Part shown: positions 62,663 through 64,000 of the stretch, piece by piece
Layout of the letters: each line of letters begins with the position of its first letter
How positions within the stretch are numbered: position 1 is the stretch's first letter
NCBI RefSeq assembly: GCF_964355755.1
Contig: NC_092676.1
Span: 30,398,871-30,462,870, forward strand
From: Antedon mediterranea
Taxonomy: Eukaryota; Animalia; Echinodermata
Direction of reading: 5' to 3'
Length of the DNA stretch: 64,000 nucleotides
The notes under the pieces: generated by a model
Seen by the model: only the letters and a program-made list of their open reading frames with translations
Told to the model about the DNA's origin: nothing
Databases searched by the model: none
Translations under genes and position numbers: made by a program

Positions 62663-62843
62663 ATACACTGTGATGTTTTTTTTGTTTGTATAATGTAATT
62701 ATTTAATATAGATTGTACCTAAATGTCTTTCATTATTAAATGTAAATCCTGTAGTATTAGTGTGTTTTCATACTAGGGTGGTTGTTGTACCTCAAAATGC
62801 ACACATTTACACAACTTTTATATTTCCATTTCAAAGAATAGTA

Positions 62844-63666
62844 ACCATAATTAAGATTGTACACTCAATCAAATAATCTATATACATGTATAGTAAATGA
62901 TGGTGTATAGATTATATACATGGAACCATAATTAAGATTTTACACTCAATCAAATAATCTATATATATGTATAGTAAATGATGGTGTATAGATTATGTAC
63001 AAGGAACCATAATTAAGATTGTACACTCAATCAAATAATCTATATATATGTATATGATGGTGTATAGATTATGTACAAGGAACCATAATTAAGATTGTAC
63101 ACTCAATCAAATAATCTATATATATGTATATGATGGTGTATAGATTATGTACAAGGAACCATAATTAAGATTGTACACTCAATCAAATAATCTATAGTAA
63201 ATGATGGTGTATAGATTATGTACAAGGAACCATAATTAAGATTGTACACTCAATCAAATAATCTATAGTAAATGATGATGTATAGATTATGTACAAGGAA
63301 CCATAATTAAGATTGTACACTCAATCAAATAATCTATAGTAAATGATGGTGTATAGATTATTTACAAGGAACCATAATTAAGATTGTACACTCAATCAAA
63401 TAATCTATATAGATGTATATGATGGTGTATAGATTATGTACAAGGAACCATAATTAAGATTGTACACTCAATCAAATAATCTATAGTAAATGATGGTGTA
63501 TAGATTATGTACAAGGAATCATAATTAAGATTGTACACTCAATCAAATAATCTATAGTAAATGATGGTGTATAGATTATGTACAAGGAACCATAATTAAG
63601 ATTGTACACTCAATCAAATAATCTATATACATGTATAGTAAATGATGGTGTATAGATTATGTACAA
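62844..63666 (+). repeat. About 70-80-bp tandem array (about 11 copies) in the 3' region
   Basis: Unit AACCATAATTAAGATTGTACACTCAATCAAATAATCTATA...GATTATGTACAAGG. Confidence 0.93.
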
Positions 63667-63747
63667 GTTGTAACCAGGTTTGATCTCCAGATTTATTGCA
63701 CGTTTTATACACACATACGCAACCGTGAGAAATCTCAAGAGAAAACT

Positions 63748-64000
63748 TTGTTTGTTTGTTTGTTTGTTTTATCTTTATACTGGGTGACCTCTTCAGTCAA
63801 AGACTGATCTCCCAGAGGGTCCAGTTGGTGATCAGTGGCTGTGATGTACTAATACACCGGGGTAACCCCCTACTCGTCTCGAAAGATGTACTAGGTTCTT
63901 TAAAGTGCACACGAGCAAGTTGTGTACACTGGACCTACGGTTTATAGTCCTTATCCGAGAAGACTCGTTCTACCACCAGAACCATGAAGTGATTGAGCCT
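63748..64000 (-). mobile_element. SINE with a Deu-like central domain and (AAAC)n tail; runs off the window
   Basis: The - strand reads GGATAAGGACTATAAACCGTAGGTCC...GCACTTTAAAGAACC...GAGTAGGGGGTTACCCCGGTGT, resembling the Deu domain as recalled. Confidence 0.75.

Overview
AT-rich metazoan genomic DNA with spliceosomal introns; it is probably an invertebrate deuterostome such as an echinoderm (inferred from a Deu-type SINE and gene content). Genes assembled by hand: the 3' part of NT5DC1 (+), with two Ig-superfamily receptor genes with intronless CDS nested antisense in one intron; Mis18 (-), head-to-head with MTRES1 (+); NAAA (+); mitochondrial WARS2 (+), whose 16.6-kb first intron is a nest of transposons; a secreted protein with two WxxW domains (+); a WARS2 partial duplicate; and an uncharacterised 185-aa gene (+). 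Four patterns stand out. (1) Homogeneous tandem arrays are built from the host genes' own exon-end, splice-donor or stop-codon sequence. (2) Many tiny CA...TG inserts with 7-8-bp duplications look like P-element excision footprints, and two have empty-site paralogs inside the window. (3) The frequent TAGGCCTA/(TAGCC)n motif appears to be a TA-site insertion scar. (4) A CGC-ended transposon group with 9-bp target duplications has asymmetric ends oriented to the target strand. All coordinates were read by eye and no database searches were run.
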